Shown piece after piece: positions 1-10,700 of a stretch of DNA of 64,000 bases; positions within the stretch are counted from its first letter, which is position 1, and every line of letters begins with the position of its first letter. The notes under the pieces were generated by a model. It ran no database searches. It saw nothing but the letters and a program-made list of their open reading frames with translations, and was not told the origin of the DNA. Where the stretch lies: sequence record NC_048053.1. One strand, written 5' to 3'. A program made the position numbers and the translations under genes.

Positions 1-31
1 CTCGCAGATATAAACAACTCCGCTTGATCAT
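1..31 (-). CDS. 5' end of a gene running off the left edge (MIKRSCLYLR...)
   Basis: ATG at 29-31 on the minus strand, 8 nt after the stop of the 673-aa gene; frame open to the edge. Confidence 0.5.
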   Translation of the reverse strand, partial: MIKRSCLYLR

Positions 32-39
32 TTTTATTT

Positions 40-2061
40 TTACCCGTAAGTGACTGTTACGTTAACTCGCAAATCAACGTATTGCTCATCATCCTGTGGA
101 GTATAAACAGTAACAACGCCGACCCAACCATTAGCTGCGCTAGGCAACTGCGCAAGACTTGCAGTGTAGATCGTACCAGTCCATGTAAAACTTGTTGAAA
201 CAGCAACGATACTTCTGTTACCGATTGTTAAAGGCCACGGTTCATATTCCAAGTTGCCCCACAAGTCACCATGTTTTGTTTCGTTTGTTTTCTGGAAATA
301 TCCACCAGTTGACGCAACAGCAGGAGTTAATGCGCTTCCTCTTCCTGCGCCTGTCCAACGGTTTCCATCAACAGTTGCAATTCTGAAATTCAGATTCACT
401 GTATGGTCAACGTTACCCCAATAACGCAGAACGCCTTTGCTCATCGTCCAGATAGAGTTATTAGGATTGTTTGGATCATCAACAGAGAGACAGTTATAAG
501 GAACAGAAAAATCTTGCACATTAAGTTTAGGAGGCTGAATTGGGCACCAGACAAAATAACTCCAATCACATCCGATACCACTCGTTACGCGCACCGTGAT
601 ATTGCTACGGAGAACGTGTTCCGGATACTTCCAGAATTCGAGTGTTCCTGATTGTCCTGCCAAAAGATTTTCAGTATCGAGCAGATTCATTTCCTGATCG
701 AAAACTTCAAACTTCGTATCGAAACTTCCGGCACGCACATCAACTAAGCCTGCGCGAATATCCGTTTGTGTTCCTAATGCAAAGTTATCTTCTGTAGTTG
801 GATGCCCTGCGCTCACTACCCAATCATACTGACAAGGGAAGCGATATTCGCGTGCGCCTCTTTCGTTCGGACAATACAGAGAATAGTAGAAGCTATTAAT
901 AGAATTATTTTTTCCAAAATCTTTCGCCACAACTCTAACCATAAGATCAAAGTTTTGTGTGCCTGTAGGATCGTAGTAAAAATAAAGATAGCCGCGACCA
1001 GTTTGTGCTTCTTGTGTTGACGCAATTCTTCGGCCTGCATGATAAACTTCGATGTAATCTAAGTTATCCCATGACGTATAGTTAAGATAAGTCCAACCAA
1101 CGTTGTTGCCGATGTAGTGATAGTATTCGAATGCGCTGCTATCAACAATACGATCTGCAATAGGCCAAACAGTTGCGTGACACGGCGCAGGAAAAATTGG
1201 TGTGCCAATGTATTCAGGAACAATAACATCCGGATAAGTTAAAACGTCATATGCCGCCTGACTATCCAGCGCTAAGTTTGCGCGGTCAGTAGTTGCATTG
1301 AGTTTTGGCGGTATGACTTGTAAACTCCAGTTCGCACCTTGAGAAGTACGAACACGGATCATGATACGCATATCTTCTGCATCAGGATCGTTAAGGAATT
1401 TAATTCGACCACGACCGCCAACTTTTCCGCACGTAGATGCAACGCGAATTCCTTCGGCGTAAACATCCACACTTAAACCGTCTGCGTGATACGACGCAAA
1501 AGTTATTTCAACGTAACCTTCTTGTCGAGGAATTGCGAAAATAGTTTCAGTGATTTGTGCGCCGCGAGAATGAACACTCGCCCACGGAACATTTGGATTC
1601 GTCCACGTTCCTAAACCTGCTTGCGATGCAAGACCAGTCGGATCGTAACTTTCAATTGTTCTTATTCCCGGTCGAGTAATATAACGCGACGTAGGAGGAA
1701 CGTTTCCAATTCCAACACCGAAACCGGTTCGCGCAGCATCCGGTAAATCATATCCAGCAGGATAACCTTTTAACGGATCATATTTAGGGCCACGCGAACC
1801 GTCGCCAGTACCGGAACCTTTTGTTGTGGAAGTTGGAGCGCCACCACAATTCCCGATTTCCTGATTGATACAAGGATCGTCATAGTTAGGATCAAACTCT
1901 GCATCAATATCGTACCAGCGTTTTCCATGCAGACCGCGAACAGAAAAAGTATCGACTGTTAATGGTTGCCACGTATTTTCTTTTGTTCGGATGAACATCG
2001 GAGTATCTGCGCAATCATACCAGCCGTTGTTTTCTAAATTTCTTACGCGAAAACGAGGCAT
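40..2061 (-). CDS. virion structural / fibre-associated protein with three internal beta-sandwich repeats
   Basis: 673-aa ORF; three related units (VDVYAEGIRVAST..GRG..F..DP..IRV; IEVYHAGRRIAST..GRG..F..DP..VRV; FEVFDQ..G..EF..VRV); sits in the fibre operon. Confidence 0.7.
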   Translation of the reverse strand: MPRFRVRNLENNGWYDCADTPMFIRTKENTWQPLTVDTFSVRGLHGKRWYDIDAEFDPNYDDPCINQEIGNCGGAPTSTTKGSGTGDGSRGPKYDPLKGYPAGYDLPDAARTGFGVGIGNVPPTSRYITRPGIRTIESYDPTGLASQAGLGTWTNPNVPWASVHSRGAQITETIFAIPRQEGYVEITFASYHADGLSVDVYAEGIRVASTCGKVGGRGRIKFLNDPDAEDMRIMIRVRTSQGANWSLQVIPPKLNATTDRANLALDSQAAYDVLTYPDVIVPEYIGTPIFPAPCHATVWPIADRIVDSSAFEYYHYIGNNVGWTYLNYTSWDNLDYIEVYHAGRRIASTQEAQTGRGYLYFYYDPTGTQNFDLMVRVVAKDFGKNNSINSFYYSLYCPNERGAREYRFPCQYDWVVSAGHPTTEDNFALGTQTDIRAGLVDVRAGSFDTKFEVFDQEMNLLDTENLLAGQSGTLEFWKYPEHVLRSNITVRVTSGIGCDWSYFVWCPIQPPKLNVQDFSVPYNCLSVDDPNNPNNSIWTMSKGVLRYWGNVDHTVNLNFRIATVDGNRWTGAGRGSALTPAVASTGGYFQKTNETKHGDLWGNLEYEPWPLTIGNRSIVAVSTSFTWTGTIYTASLAQLPSAANGWVGVVTVYTPQDDEQYVDLRVNVTVTYG

Positions 2062-2073
2062 AGAAAAATTCCT

Positions 2074-2568
2074 TTACGAAGATGTTCTTACCCAAATCGA
2101 TCCGGGTTCCACGATGCGATCAAGTGATGGATCGGTAGCTTGAATAAATACAGCAACAACGCCATCTTTTCCACTTGGGCCAGTTGCACCAGTTGCACCA
2201 GTCGGGCCAATATTTCCGCGAGATCCTCGAACACCTTGTCTGCCCGGTAAACCATCATTACCGCGTGGCCCCGGGCAACCATCAGAACCACGACCGCCAT
2301 CAGATCCAGATAAGCCGTCGATACCATCGCGACCATCTTCACCGCCGGGGCCAATTGGCCCTAATCCAATATCGTTTGGAGTTGTGAATCCGGGAATTGA
2401 AACTTTTCCGATGTTAGGAATATTTAAAACAAGTGTTCCGCTTAGACGATCAAAATTTCCGCTGAGAGTATCGTCAGAAATTTCGCGAATGTTTAAACCA
2501 CCATCGCCAGAATAAACTTCGCCGTCTGCGTCAGTTTTAATTAAACTGAGATCAACTTTTTCAACCAT
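2074..2568 (-). CDS. collagen-like (Gly-X-Y) fibre protein A
   Basis: about 22 uninterrupted GXY triplets; AGGAG RBS. Confidence 0.9.
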   Translation of the reverse strand: MVEKVDLSLIKTDADGEVYSGDGGLNIREISDDTLSGNFDRLSGTLVLNIPNIGKVSIPGFTTPNDIGLGPIGPGGEDGRDGIDGLSGSDGGRGSDGCPGPRGNDGLPGRQGVRGSRGNIGPTGATGATGPSGKDGVVAVFIQATDPSLDRIVEPGSIWVRTSS

Positions 2569-2581
2569 GATTTATTTTCTC

Positions 2582-3214
2582 CTACGGCCACGTTGCAGCT
2601 TGATCAATAGAAGGATTCACCCACAACACACCAGCCGCCATATTTCCCGGTTGAGTAGAACTTACAACGATTTGCAATTTTCCACTTGGGCCTTCTGGTC
2701 CAGTTGGTCCAGTTGTTCCGGTTTTTCCAGTTGCACCAGTTGGACCGGGGCGACCCATCGGCCCAGTTGGTCCGACATTTCCAGTTGGGCCGGTTGCACC
2801 AGTTGGACCGATTTCTCCCGGAATTCCCGGATTACCATCGCGACCATCTTTTCCCGGTGGCCCTTCATCGCCGTCTGGCCCGACTGGTCCGGTACAACCA
2901 ATTCCACCTTGCGCCCCGTCGCGTCCGTCTCTTCCGTCTTTTCCATCTGCGCCAGTTTCACCACGCGCACCTTGTCTACCCGGAGGAATACTTGATGCCG
3001 TTGGAAAACCTTTTATTTGAATTGATTTTCCGTTTTCAAAACGCAGAGTTAAAATTCCAGAAGTTTCATCGTAACTTGATTCGTCCGTGATTTCCGAAGG
3101 CACACCAGATTCATCAGCCGATGCAGTAAGCACGCCAGCGTTGGCGCGGATAGGCGTATTGTCGGAAGCCCCCGTTGCTGTGATCATGCCTACATCAACT
3201 TTTACTAAAGGCAT
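2582..3214 (-). CDS. collagen-like fibre protein B
   Basis: about 33 GXY triplets; start reassigned to MPLVKVDVG (ATG 3214) with GGAG RBS. Confidence 0.9.
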   Translation of the reverse strand: MPLVKVDVGMITATGASDNTPIRANAGVLTASADESGVPSEITDESSYDETSGILTLRFENGKSIQIKGFPTASSIPPGRQGARGETGADGKDGRDGRDGAQGGIGCTGPVGPDGDEGPPGKDGRDGNPGIPGEIGPTGATGPTGNVGPTGPMGRPGPTGATGKTGTTGPTGPEGPSGKLQIVVSSTQPGNMAAGVLWVNPSIDQAATWP

Positions 3215-3224
3215 AAAAATACTC

Positions 3225-4199
3225 CTACTTAGGATTTCGCGCAGTGATTCGAACCGTTGAACGAACAGTTGCAGTCGGACGAGAACTTTGTCCCATATCC
3301 ATAACAACGCAAGTTAACGTTGCAGTAAGAGATAAAGTTTTTCCTTGATCAACTTTTCCGTTAAAAATAATCTGAACAATTCGATCAGTGTTGCCTTTGA
3401 TGTTTAAATCTTTTGCGTCACTGATTGTCCATTTATACGAATAGTTTCCGGTGCCACCACGCACGTTTACAGGCAGATACGCCTGCGCGAAGAACAAGTC
3501 ATTGCCAGCAACCACGCGGGTTGCAACAAGATCCACATTAGATACAGAAGCACCAATAGAAGGAACGGAAGGCAAAGCAGGAATAGGATTTGTTGTTGCA
3601 ATTGGAAAACACCAAGCAAAAACTGTTTTATCAGTTGGCGGTGCGTTTCCACCACTCACAACAACAGTTGTATTTGGTGCAGGGCCAGTTGGACCAGTTG
3701 CGCCAGAAATACAACTCGGACCATCTTCACCAGCAGGGCCATCCGGACCAGTCGGGCCAGTTGGACCAGTTGGCCCTTGTGGCCCTTCATTTCCGCGAGG
3801 GCCGGGATAACCATCATCACCATCTGGCCCATCTAATCCGTCATTTCCCGCTTGACCAGTTTTTCCTTTTAAACCTCGCTCGCCAGTATTTCCTCGCGGG
3901 CCAGTATTTCCATCACGTCCGTTTCTTCCGTTTCTTCCCGGTTTTCCCGGAGCACCTTTTCCGCCCGGTAAACCTTCACCGAATAAACTTACAGTAGGAA
4001 GACCTGAAATAGTTATGATCTTCCCACTGCGTTTTATGATTACCAAATTTCCTTTGGCACTATCATATTTAATATCGGCGATTTGTGTGTTCGCGAGTGC
4101 ATCTGTATCTACGAATTCCAGTTCACTGCCGCCAACAATTTCTTTACCATCTTGTTCGCCGGAAGTTTTGATCTGTTCTAATCGTAGAGTGTTACTCAT
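3225..4199 (-). CDS. collagen-like fibre protein C with C-terminal Ig-like domain
   Basis: about 33 triplets, one with Cys replacing Gly; beta-rich C-terminal domain. Confidence 0.9.
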   Translation of the reverse strand: MSNTLRLEQIKTSGEQDGKEIVGGSELEFVDTDALANTQIADIKYDSAKGNLVIIKRSGKIITISGLPTVSLFGEGLPGGKGAPGKPGRNGRNGRDGNTGPRGNTGERGLKGKTGQAGNDGLDGPDGDDGYPGPRGNEGPQGPTGPTGPTGPDGPAGEDGPSCISGATGPTGPAPNTTVVVSGGNAPPTDKTVFAWCFPIATTNPIPALPSVPSIGASVSNVDLVATRVVAGNDLFFAQAYLPVNVRGGTGNYSYKWTISDAKDLNIKGNTDRIVQIIFNGKVDQGKTLSLTATLTCVVMDMGQSSRPTATVRSTVRITARNPK

Positions 4200-6517
4200 C
4201 GCGGTTCCACCTTAATACAGAGATTAGCAATAAGTTTTGATCCGTAGTTACCGATCATCGCATTGCTGATACGCATCTTCGCAACAATCTCCACGTAACC
4301 AGCAGGATGATTATCACGAATAAGATCGTACATCTGCGTTATGCTTGCGTTGCCGTAAGCAATAGATTCAGTGCTGTTTGGATTCACAACAGCAAGACCA
4401 GCAGCACCAGTACCTTTAACGCCGCGCCCGTATTCAGGAGCATCAGATCCCGGAGTCGCAGAAGCAAGAACAAATTCTAAATGTTCGTTGCCGATAGCAA
4501 CTGCAAAACCTGGCCCAAGTTGCGCTTGAAAATCAGCAGTGGCAGTAATCACAATACCTTTGTTGAATTCAATGCGCTGGCGAATAATAATCTCTTCGCT
4601 GTCTTCGACGCGGTTTTGAATGTTAAAAATTGCTTTGGGATCTTCTGCCTCTGCCATTGCTGCAATGGAATGAATTTTAACGAAAGGCCAGACGCCTTCA
4701 ATTTTAATTCCTTTTCCTGCAACGATATCAGGCGTAAACAGCGGAACACTTAACGGAGTCATGCCCTGACGTTTGAACATGTATCCAGTAGGAGTTGCAA
4801 TCACATCAACAATCACGCCTTCGATGTTTGTGTCTTTGCTACCAACACTTTTAACGTTTTCGAAAATTGTGAATTCAACAGTTGTGTTTGCTTTCACCTG
4901 AGTTGAAAAACGAATTGTACTTCCAACAAGAGTGAAATCCGCAGTGTGCGCAGGCAGACCGCCCATGTTAGCAATTACGTGCGCTTTATTCAGCGGAGTA
5001 ACTGGAAGTTCAAACGTATCTGTAGCATAAGGAAGTTTGAAAGTCGCGACACGAATTCGCGTTGACCATCCAGCACGTTCTTCGTACCGCGCAGCATACA
5101 GCGAAACTTTATGACCGCTAGGAATGCTATCTACAAATTTCAAACGGTTTCCGTTATTCAGTTTATAGACAGTAGTTGGTTGCCAAGTATTTCCAACAAC
5201 AGCGAACACATGATCCGCATCATCTACCGGAGCGTTACCGAGTTTGAATTCACTCGTTTGTCCGTCACCTGTAAAGTCATACGCTTCAAAAAGAACAACA
5301 TGGCCTTGCGACGGTTCCAAACGGAATTGACGCAGATCCAGAGTCATCGCGTTAGGCAAGTTTTCTGAAAGAGCCATTTCTTTTTTACGAACTTCATACG
5401 CGGTGCGAGGCTGCAAAACTCCACTGGTGCCAAGCAATAGATCCGTTGCGCTATCCAGTTCTTCGGAAAGAGCATAAGTAATCGCATCGGTTGAGCCAGT
5501 TGTAACGAGAGAACTAAATAAAAGTTTTCCCGGAGGCGTAAACAGAGTTGCAGTAGTTTGTCTGTTACCTCCTGCGACTGGCCCCCAATAGAGTTTATTT
5601 CCTTCGCCGCGAAATAAAGCCCACGCAGCAGGAACATCATTGTCTTCCGGCCACGGAATACCAGAAGTCGGAACAATCGGATTCACAATGCGTTTCCACA
5701 CTGCGATTGTTGTTGCGCTACTGATAAACGGAATTGCTTTATCCTGATTAATCAGTTGTCCGTTGCGATATTTAAAATGACGACACGCGCCAGCACCGGG
5801 GCCACTGATAGTCTGAACAATAACGATTTCATCTTGCGCAAGTTTCAAACTTGTGTTGAAGGTGTTTGCGTTAATAAAATCAGCGCCGATTGTTTTTGAA
5901 AGCACACGATCATGTTCGCCGAATCCCCAATTATATCCCCCGGGGCCATAACGAAAAGCGGTGCCGGGAGATTTCGAACCGTCACTATTCACATGAAGAT
6001 CGAGAACAGAAACTGCATTGAATTGGTTATTATCAGAGGCAGGAAGATTCTCAAGTGTAGCAACGGAAGGAATAGTTGCATAGTCATACATCGTCACATC
6101 AAGAATTCTTTGAATGTCTTGTTTTAAATGTACGAGCAAACTAATACGAGCCGCGCTGTTTGGAACCACCATGATCGGATTAGAAAGCACAACATGCCCG
6201 AAGGCACGATTGTCTTCGAGCATGATGAGAATTTCACCGACCGATTTGATTTCTTCGTTGTTTTTATATTCGATAGAAACATCAAAAACAAAACGCGCAG
6301 AGTTTTCACTCACAATCTGAACAAAAGAAAGTTGTCCGGAAGCAAGCTCGTTTCCTAATAGCTGCGAAGGTACTGCGCTAGGCTGAGAACCAGTAAAATC
6401 GCCGACTTTGAAAGCGACAGGCTTTACTACGATTCCACCTGCGTTGGCGGTAGAAACTGCTTGTTCCCCGACAGACGTTAGCCGAAGCGCATCAACATAA
6501 ATTGCTTGTGATGCCAT
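4196..6517 (-). CDS. baseplate / tail-fibre attachment protein (tail-collar-fibre-like N-terminus)
   Basis: N-terminal LTSVGEQAVSTANAGGIVVKPVAFKVGD...VGEILIMLEDNRAFG resembles tail-collar fibre N-termini; repeated FTGDGQTSEF-type beta domains. Confidence 0.7.
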   Translation of the reverse strand: MASQAIYVDALRLTSVGEQAVSTANAGGIVVKPVAFKVGDFTGSQPSAVPSQLLGNELASGQLSFVQIVSENSARFVFDVSIEYKNNEEIKSVGEILIMLEDNRAFGHVVLSNPIMVVPNSAARISLLVHLKQDIQRILDVTMYDYATIPSVATLENLPASDNNQFNAVSVLDLHVNSDGSKSPGTAFRYGPGGYNWGFGEHDRVLSKTIGADFINANTFNTSLKLAQDEIVIVQTISGPGAGACRHFKYRNGQLINQDKAIPFISSATTIAVWKRIVNPIVPTSGIPWPEDNDVPAAWALFRGEGNKLYWGPVAGGNRQTTATLFTPPGKLLFSSLVTTGSTDAITYALSEELDSATDLLLGTSGVLQPRTAYEVRKKEMALSENLPNAMTLDLRQFRLEPSQGHVVLFEAYDFTGDGQTSEFKLGNAPVDDADHVFAVVGNTWQPTTVYKLNNGNRLKFVDSIPSGHKVSLYAARYEERAGWSTRIRVATFKLPYATDTFELPVTPLNKAHVIANMGGLPAHTADFTLVGSTIRFSTQVKANTTVEFTIFENVKSVGSKDTNIEGVIVDVIATPTGYMFKRQGMTPLSVPLFTPDIVAGKGIKIEGVWPFVKIHSIAAMAEAEDPKAIFNIQNRVEDSEEIIIRQRIEFNKGIVITATADFQAQLGPGFAVAIGNEHLEFVLASATPGSDAPEYGRGVKGTGAAGLAVVNPNSTESIAYGNASITQMYDLIRDNHPAGYVEIVAKMRISNAMIGNYGSKLIANLCIKVEPR

Positions 6518-6546
6518 TCTTATTACTCCTTTGGTTTAGTCCTTTA

Positions 6547-6553
6547 AAATTAG
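6547..6553 (-). promoter_or_regulatory. candidate late promoter core CTAATTT
   Basis: about 30 nt upstream of ATG 6517, just past a terminator; same heptamer at 14430, 33752 and 50395. Confidence 0.45.
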
Positions 6554-6567
6554 TGTAATGCGAAATA

Positions 6568-6598
6568 GAAAAGAAAAAGGCCGCCAAAAGGCAGCCTT
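6568..6598 (-). terminator. intrinsic terminator
   Basis: AAGGCTGCC-TTTT-GGCGGCCTT followed by TTTCTTTT. Confidence 0.85.
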
Positions 6599-6603
6599 AA
6601 ATT

Positions 6604-7674
6604 TTAAAACGAGAAGATTTGTTGGTTACTTAAAGGAGGTGTAATGCCTGCTTGAGCGGCAATTTGCGCACTTACTCCCGGCGTTACTGTCTTCGCAACA
6701 ATATCAGTTGAATTAAGTTTCAAGAAAACTCGCTCCATTCCCCAACGCACCAACATCGCACCCCAAGAAATAAGCGGAGTTTCCGGAGTACCTGCGATTG
6801 GATAATACATTCCGCGCAATGCACTTGCGTTAAAAGTTGTATCGTCTCGCTTTCCACCAACTGTAAGATTATTCAATCCATACATGTTGTAATAAGACGG
6901 AGTGCCTGCGCCAGATCCATTCGCATAAATTTGCTGCATGAAACGAAATTCCGTAGGTTCAATCACCATCAACTGACCTAAAGTATTCGCATTGACAGTT
7001 TGCTGCGCAAAAGATGGATCGGTTGCGTTCGCCCAATTGTCTGCTAGTGCTGTTCGCGATCCACCACTTCCCGTAGTAGTAGGACGAATAGTTGTCGTGC
7101 TGCAAATCACTGAGTTTTTAATCCACCAACTTACATACCCACCACCTGTTTCAAGATACGAGTTTGCTTTTGAAAACGGTGCAGTAAGTTTTGCAGATAC
7201 AGCAGCGGCAATTGCCATAGGCTTCATTGCAAAAAGCATTCGTGTATCAGGCGCAGAAAATCCATTACTGCCGAATCCATATTGTTTTTTCGGATTCACA
7301 CAAAGCGGAGTTCCATTGTAGTTTTGTGCATCGAGATCCAGCGTGAGAAAGTTCCACATATCGCCGTTAAAAATTGTCGGCGGTTGTGGAGAAGATGATG
7401 TGTTATAAGTAGAGCCTAAAGTTCCTTCTAAAAGTGCGCCTAAATTTGCAGGGAAATATTGAGTTGAGTTTGCCTGACCTTGAACCTGACCTGTACGCCA
7501 CGCATTACCTTCAAACGTGTACGAACCTGCGCGAACTTTTGTGACAAGCTGATTCCAAGTATCATAACTTAAATCTGATTCTGGAACCTGATCGTCAAAG
7601 AAAAATATCCGGTCAAGAGCGGCATTGAAATTCCTTTTCATCATAGGAACAGCATTAGGTGCCACAAATTTCAT
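6604..7674 (-). CDS. virion structural protein, function unknown
   Basis: ORF 6604-7701; start reassigned to MKFVAPN (7674) with AGGAG RBS; Gly/Thr/Asn-rich. Confidence 0.7.
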   Translation of the reverse strand: MKFVAPNAVPMMKRNFNAALDRIFFFDDQVPESDLSYDTWNQLVTKVRAGSYTFEGNAWRTGQVQGQANSTQYFPANLGALLEGTLGSTYNTSSSPQPPTIFNGDMWNFLTLDLDAQNYNGTPLCVNPKKQYGFGSNGFSAPDTRMLFAMKPMAIAAAVSAKLTAPFSKANSYLETGGGYVSWWIKNSVICSTTTIRPTTTGSGGSRTALADNWANATDPSFAQQTVNANTLGQLMVIEPTEFRFMQQIYANGSGAGTPSYYNMYGLNNLTVGGKRDDTTFNASALRGMYYPIAGTPETPLISWGAMLVRWGMERVFLKLNSTDIVAKTVTPGVSAQIAAQAGITPPLSNQQIFSF

Positions 7675-7685
7675 AAAAGAGTCTC

Positions 7686-7715
7686 CTAAAAAGGCCACCA
7701 AATGAGGCGGCCTTT
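7686..7715 (-). terminator. intrinsic terminator
   Basis: AAAGGCCGCC-TCATTT-GGTGGCCTTT-TT. Confidence 0.75.
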
Positions 7716-7719
7716 AGGT

Positions 7720-10700
7720 TTAAGAATATCTGACCGTCAGAACAGCAGTGCCAAAAGCACGTTCATTACTTCGATACAAATACAGAGTTTCAGTTACGTT
7801 GTCATAAACTTTTTGCATAGTGAGCGTGCCAGTTTTTCCATCGTCGCCAGTTACAGGCCAACGAGCGCCATCCATTGCTTTCCATCCGGCATTGATTTGA
7901 CCCTGCGAGTCAGACGCGCTACCGAATTTTGCACTCCCATAACGAGCAGGACACATAAAATATCCGTACTCATTTGTGCGTGGAGAAAATACAAATGTAC
8001 CGCCAACATTACTACGCAAACGCGATTGAAGGTTTGCTTCCACAACTGCAAGAGTGGTTAAACCAAATGGCGCAGTTCCGTAATAAGGGTAACTACTATG
8101 CGCGTTAATATAATGCGTTTGAACCAATCGAACTTTATTTTCAATGTATGTGCATCGGATACCAAAACGCACATCACTAAGAAGAGGATCAATTGAGACA
8201 TTACCGCGCTGATCTACGCTAACCCCCTGAACGGAAACAGTGTCGCCTCGATCATTGGTTACTTGCCACAAAGCATTTGCAGAAACATCTTCGCGGTTGA
8301 AAGTACCTGAGCGTCCAAGCAACGCCTTCAACTGAATTATACTTTCATCGCGAACGTTACTGAAACCAGTGATTGTGAGATCTTGCGGATAGCCGACTTT
8401 CAAACAAGTAATGTCTACGTCACGTTCTATTACCGTGCGTTGTTCGCGCAAAGTGCAACGAACAGTTACCGTCTGAATATCATCTGCCGCTGCAAACTGG
8501 AAGAAGCCTTGCTGATCAATCGTGAAGCCCGGAGAAGAATTGATAATCGACCACGTAAAACTAACCGTGTCAGCATCAGGAGAAATACTAGTGCCAACTT
8601 GATCGTTGCGTCGTTTATATTCCATAGACAGACGATATTTGTTGTTCGGAATAACGTTTCCGCCAACGTCTTTAATCTCTGCCTCGATAATGGACTGCGT
8701 GCTCATCAGTGTGATAACACGGCTCGCACTTATCGTTTCATCCTGAATCGTTTCCGGATTTATTTTCACGAACTCACAATTTATTCTGATCTTGCCGTCA
8801 GAAATTTGATTGCCGCCGATATACAAATGCCCCGACGGACTATCAATAGAGACGGCCTCAACATCAGTATCATCACCGATTTGCCAAGTTCCTTCGCTAC
8901 CGATAATCTCACTGCCTGTATTAAGTTGAACACGATAGCCATACGGAATAAACCAACGGCCTTTTTCATATTCATACGTTGGATTTCGTTCCGCTAATTC
9001 CCAAACTATATCCTGACCAGTGATACCCATCGAAAGCAAATAAGTATTCGCTCGCGTAATGTAGACGAGTAAGAATCTTTCGATACTGTACCCATCACAC
9101 TGGTAACGAGCACGGATTTTTACAGCAGTGTCAGAGTTAATTGTTGGCGTTAAGTTTCCTTCGTCGTCAATAACAGCGACAGGCGAGTTACTCGGAATCA
9201 AAGTGCGCTGATTGTTCGTAATATCCAACGTGTAGTGATCCGTGATAAACCAATCACACGTCATTTCAGCATCATAGGTAGATTTAGGAATATTTCCATA
9301 ACTACCATCCATGTTTTTGACGATGCCGGGAAGTTCGAACGTACACACTAACGCATAAGATTCACCCTGAACATCAGCACGAATATTTGTCGCACCATCA
9401 ATACGAGCGCTGATAATCGTGTTAATGCTTTCACGATCTGGAATGCGCAGTTGAACAGTGAGAGAAGATTCGATGCGATAGAAGCGAGCTTTGATGTTAG
9501 CGTAGCTATCAAACGTAAGTTTATTTACTTGAACAATAGCGCCATCAAAAGACGTTTCGCTAAGTTCTTTCAAGGAACCAATATTCAACAACATCGGCAA
9601 CTTACTTGCTTCCATATTCTTAAATTCTGCGAAAGATTTTGGAGTACGCCCTTCGAGAATTTCAACAACTGCCATGCCTGTATATGTGCTAGGATTGAAT
9701 TTAATTAACTCGTAATCAACTTCATCTTGCTCAGGCCAACTCGCAGACCAATTCGCAGCCTGAACATATTCTTGTGAACCGTCTTCATACGTCGCAAATA
9801 AACGTGCGAACGTGCGAGAATTTTCAAAAAGAATATCGTAGCATTCAATTTCAACACTACTGACCAAACTACGCACCGGAACTAAAACAATATCCCGAAT
9901 GTTTGTGATCGTGGAGTTGTCATACGTGTATTCCATTTTGATTCGAGCGGTGCCGTGTAAATCGCCTTTGAAATAAAGCTGTTTGATTTTACCGCCTGCG
10001 CCGACAAATGGATCATACATATTCTGCGTGCTGTCACTAACAGTCAACGTAACCCAACGAGAATATTCCGGATTGTTCGGATCGAATTTCGTCGGGTCTT
10101 GTCCGTTTTTAATTGCCTCTTCCTGCAAAGCAACAGTACGCGCATACGCCTCTGTTTTCGCACTCGGAGACGGAATAAACTCAGCAGTAACTTTTGCCAG
10201 TGCTGCAACAGTCTTTCCAGTGTTCCACGTACAGGCAACAGGAAGATTTAACGTGCTGCCGGAGTTCAATTTGCCAGAGGAAAGCAGATCCAAAATACGA
10301 GGCACATAAATGGTGCTGTAGATATCAAAAAGTTTCTGGAAGGTTTTTACTGTGCTTCCTTCAATGATGCCTGCATTCAGCGAAAATGTTTCGTACCCAT
10401 CAGAAATAATAGGTGCCTGAAACTTCCCGGTTTGTTTATTCAAGTCCGGAATATTGCGAACGCCTGCATTCAAATCGGCGGTAGTTGACCACTGCGCATC
10501 TACCTCAAGTTCAGCCACGATGATAGAAGGATCTCGATCATCGATTTGTTTTTGCGTTGCACTGTCCAGAACGTACAGAGCAATCGCTTTTGGCTGCACA
10601 ATATCTCGTTCTTGCACAACACTAGGCAGAACGATTTTCAGATCCGCCAGTTTTGTTTTTGGAGCAACGAACTTGATTGATTTTGTTGTGCTTACTGTAG

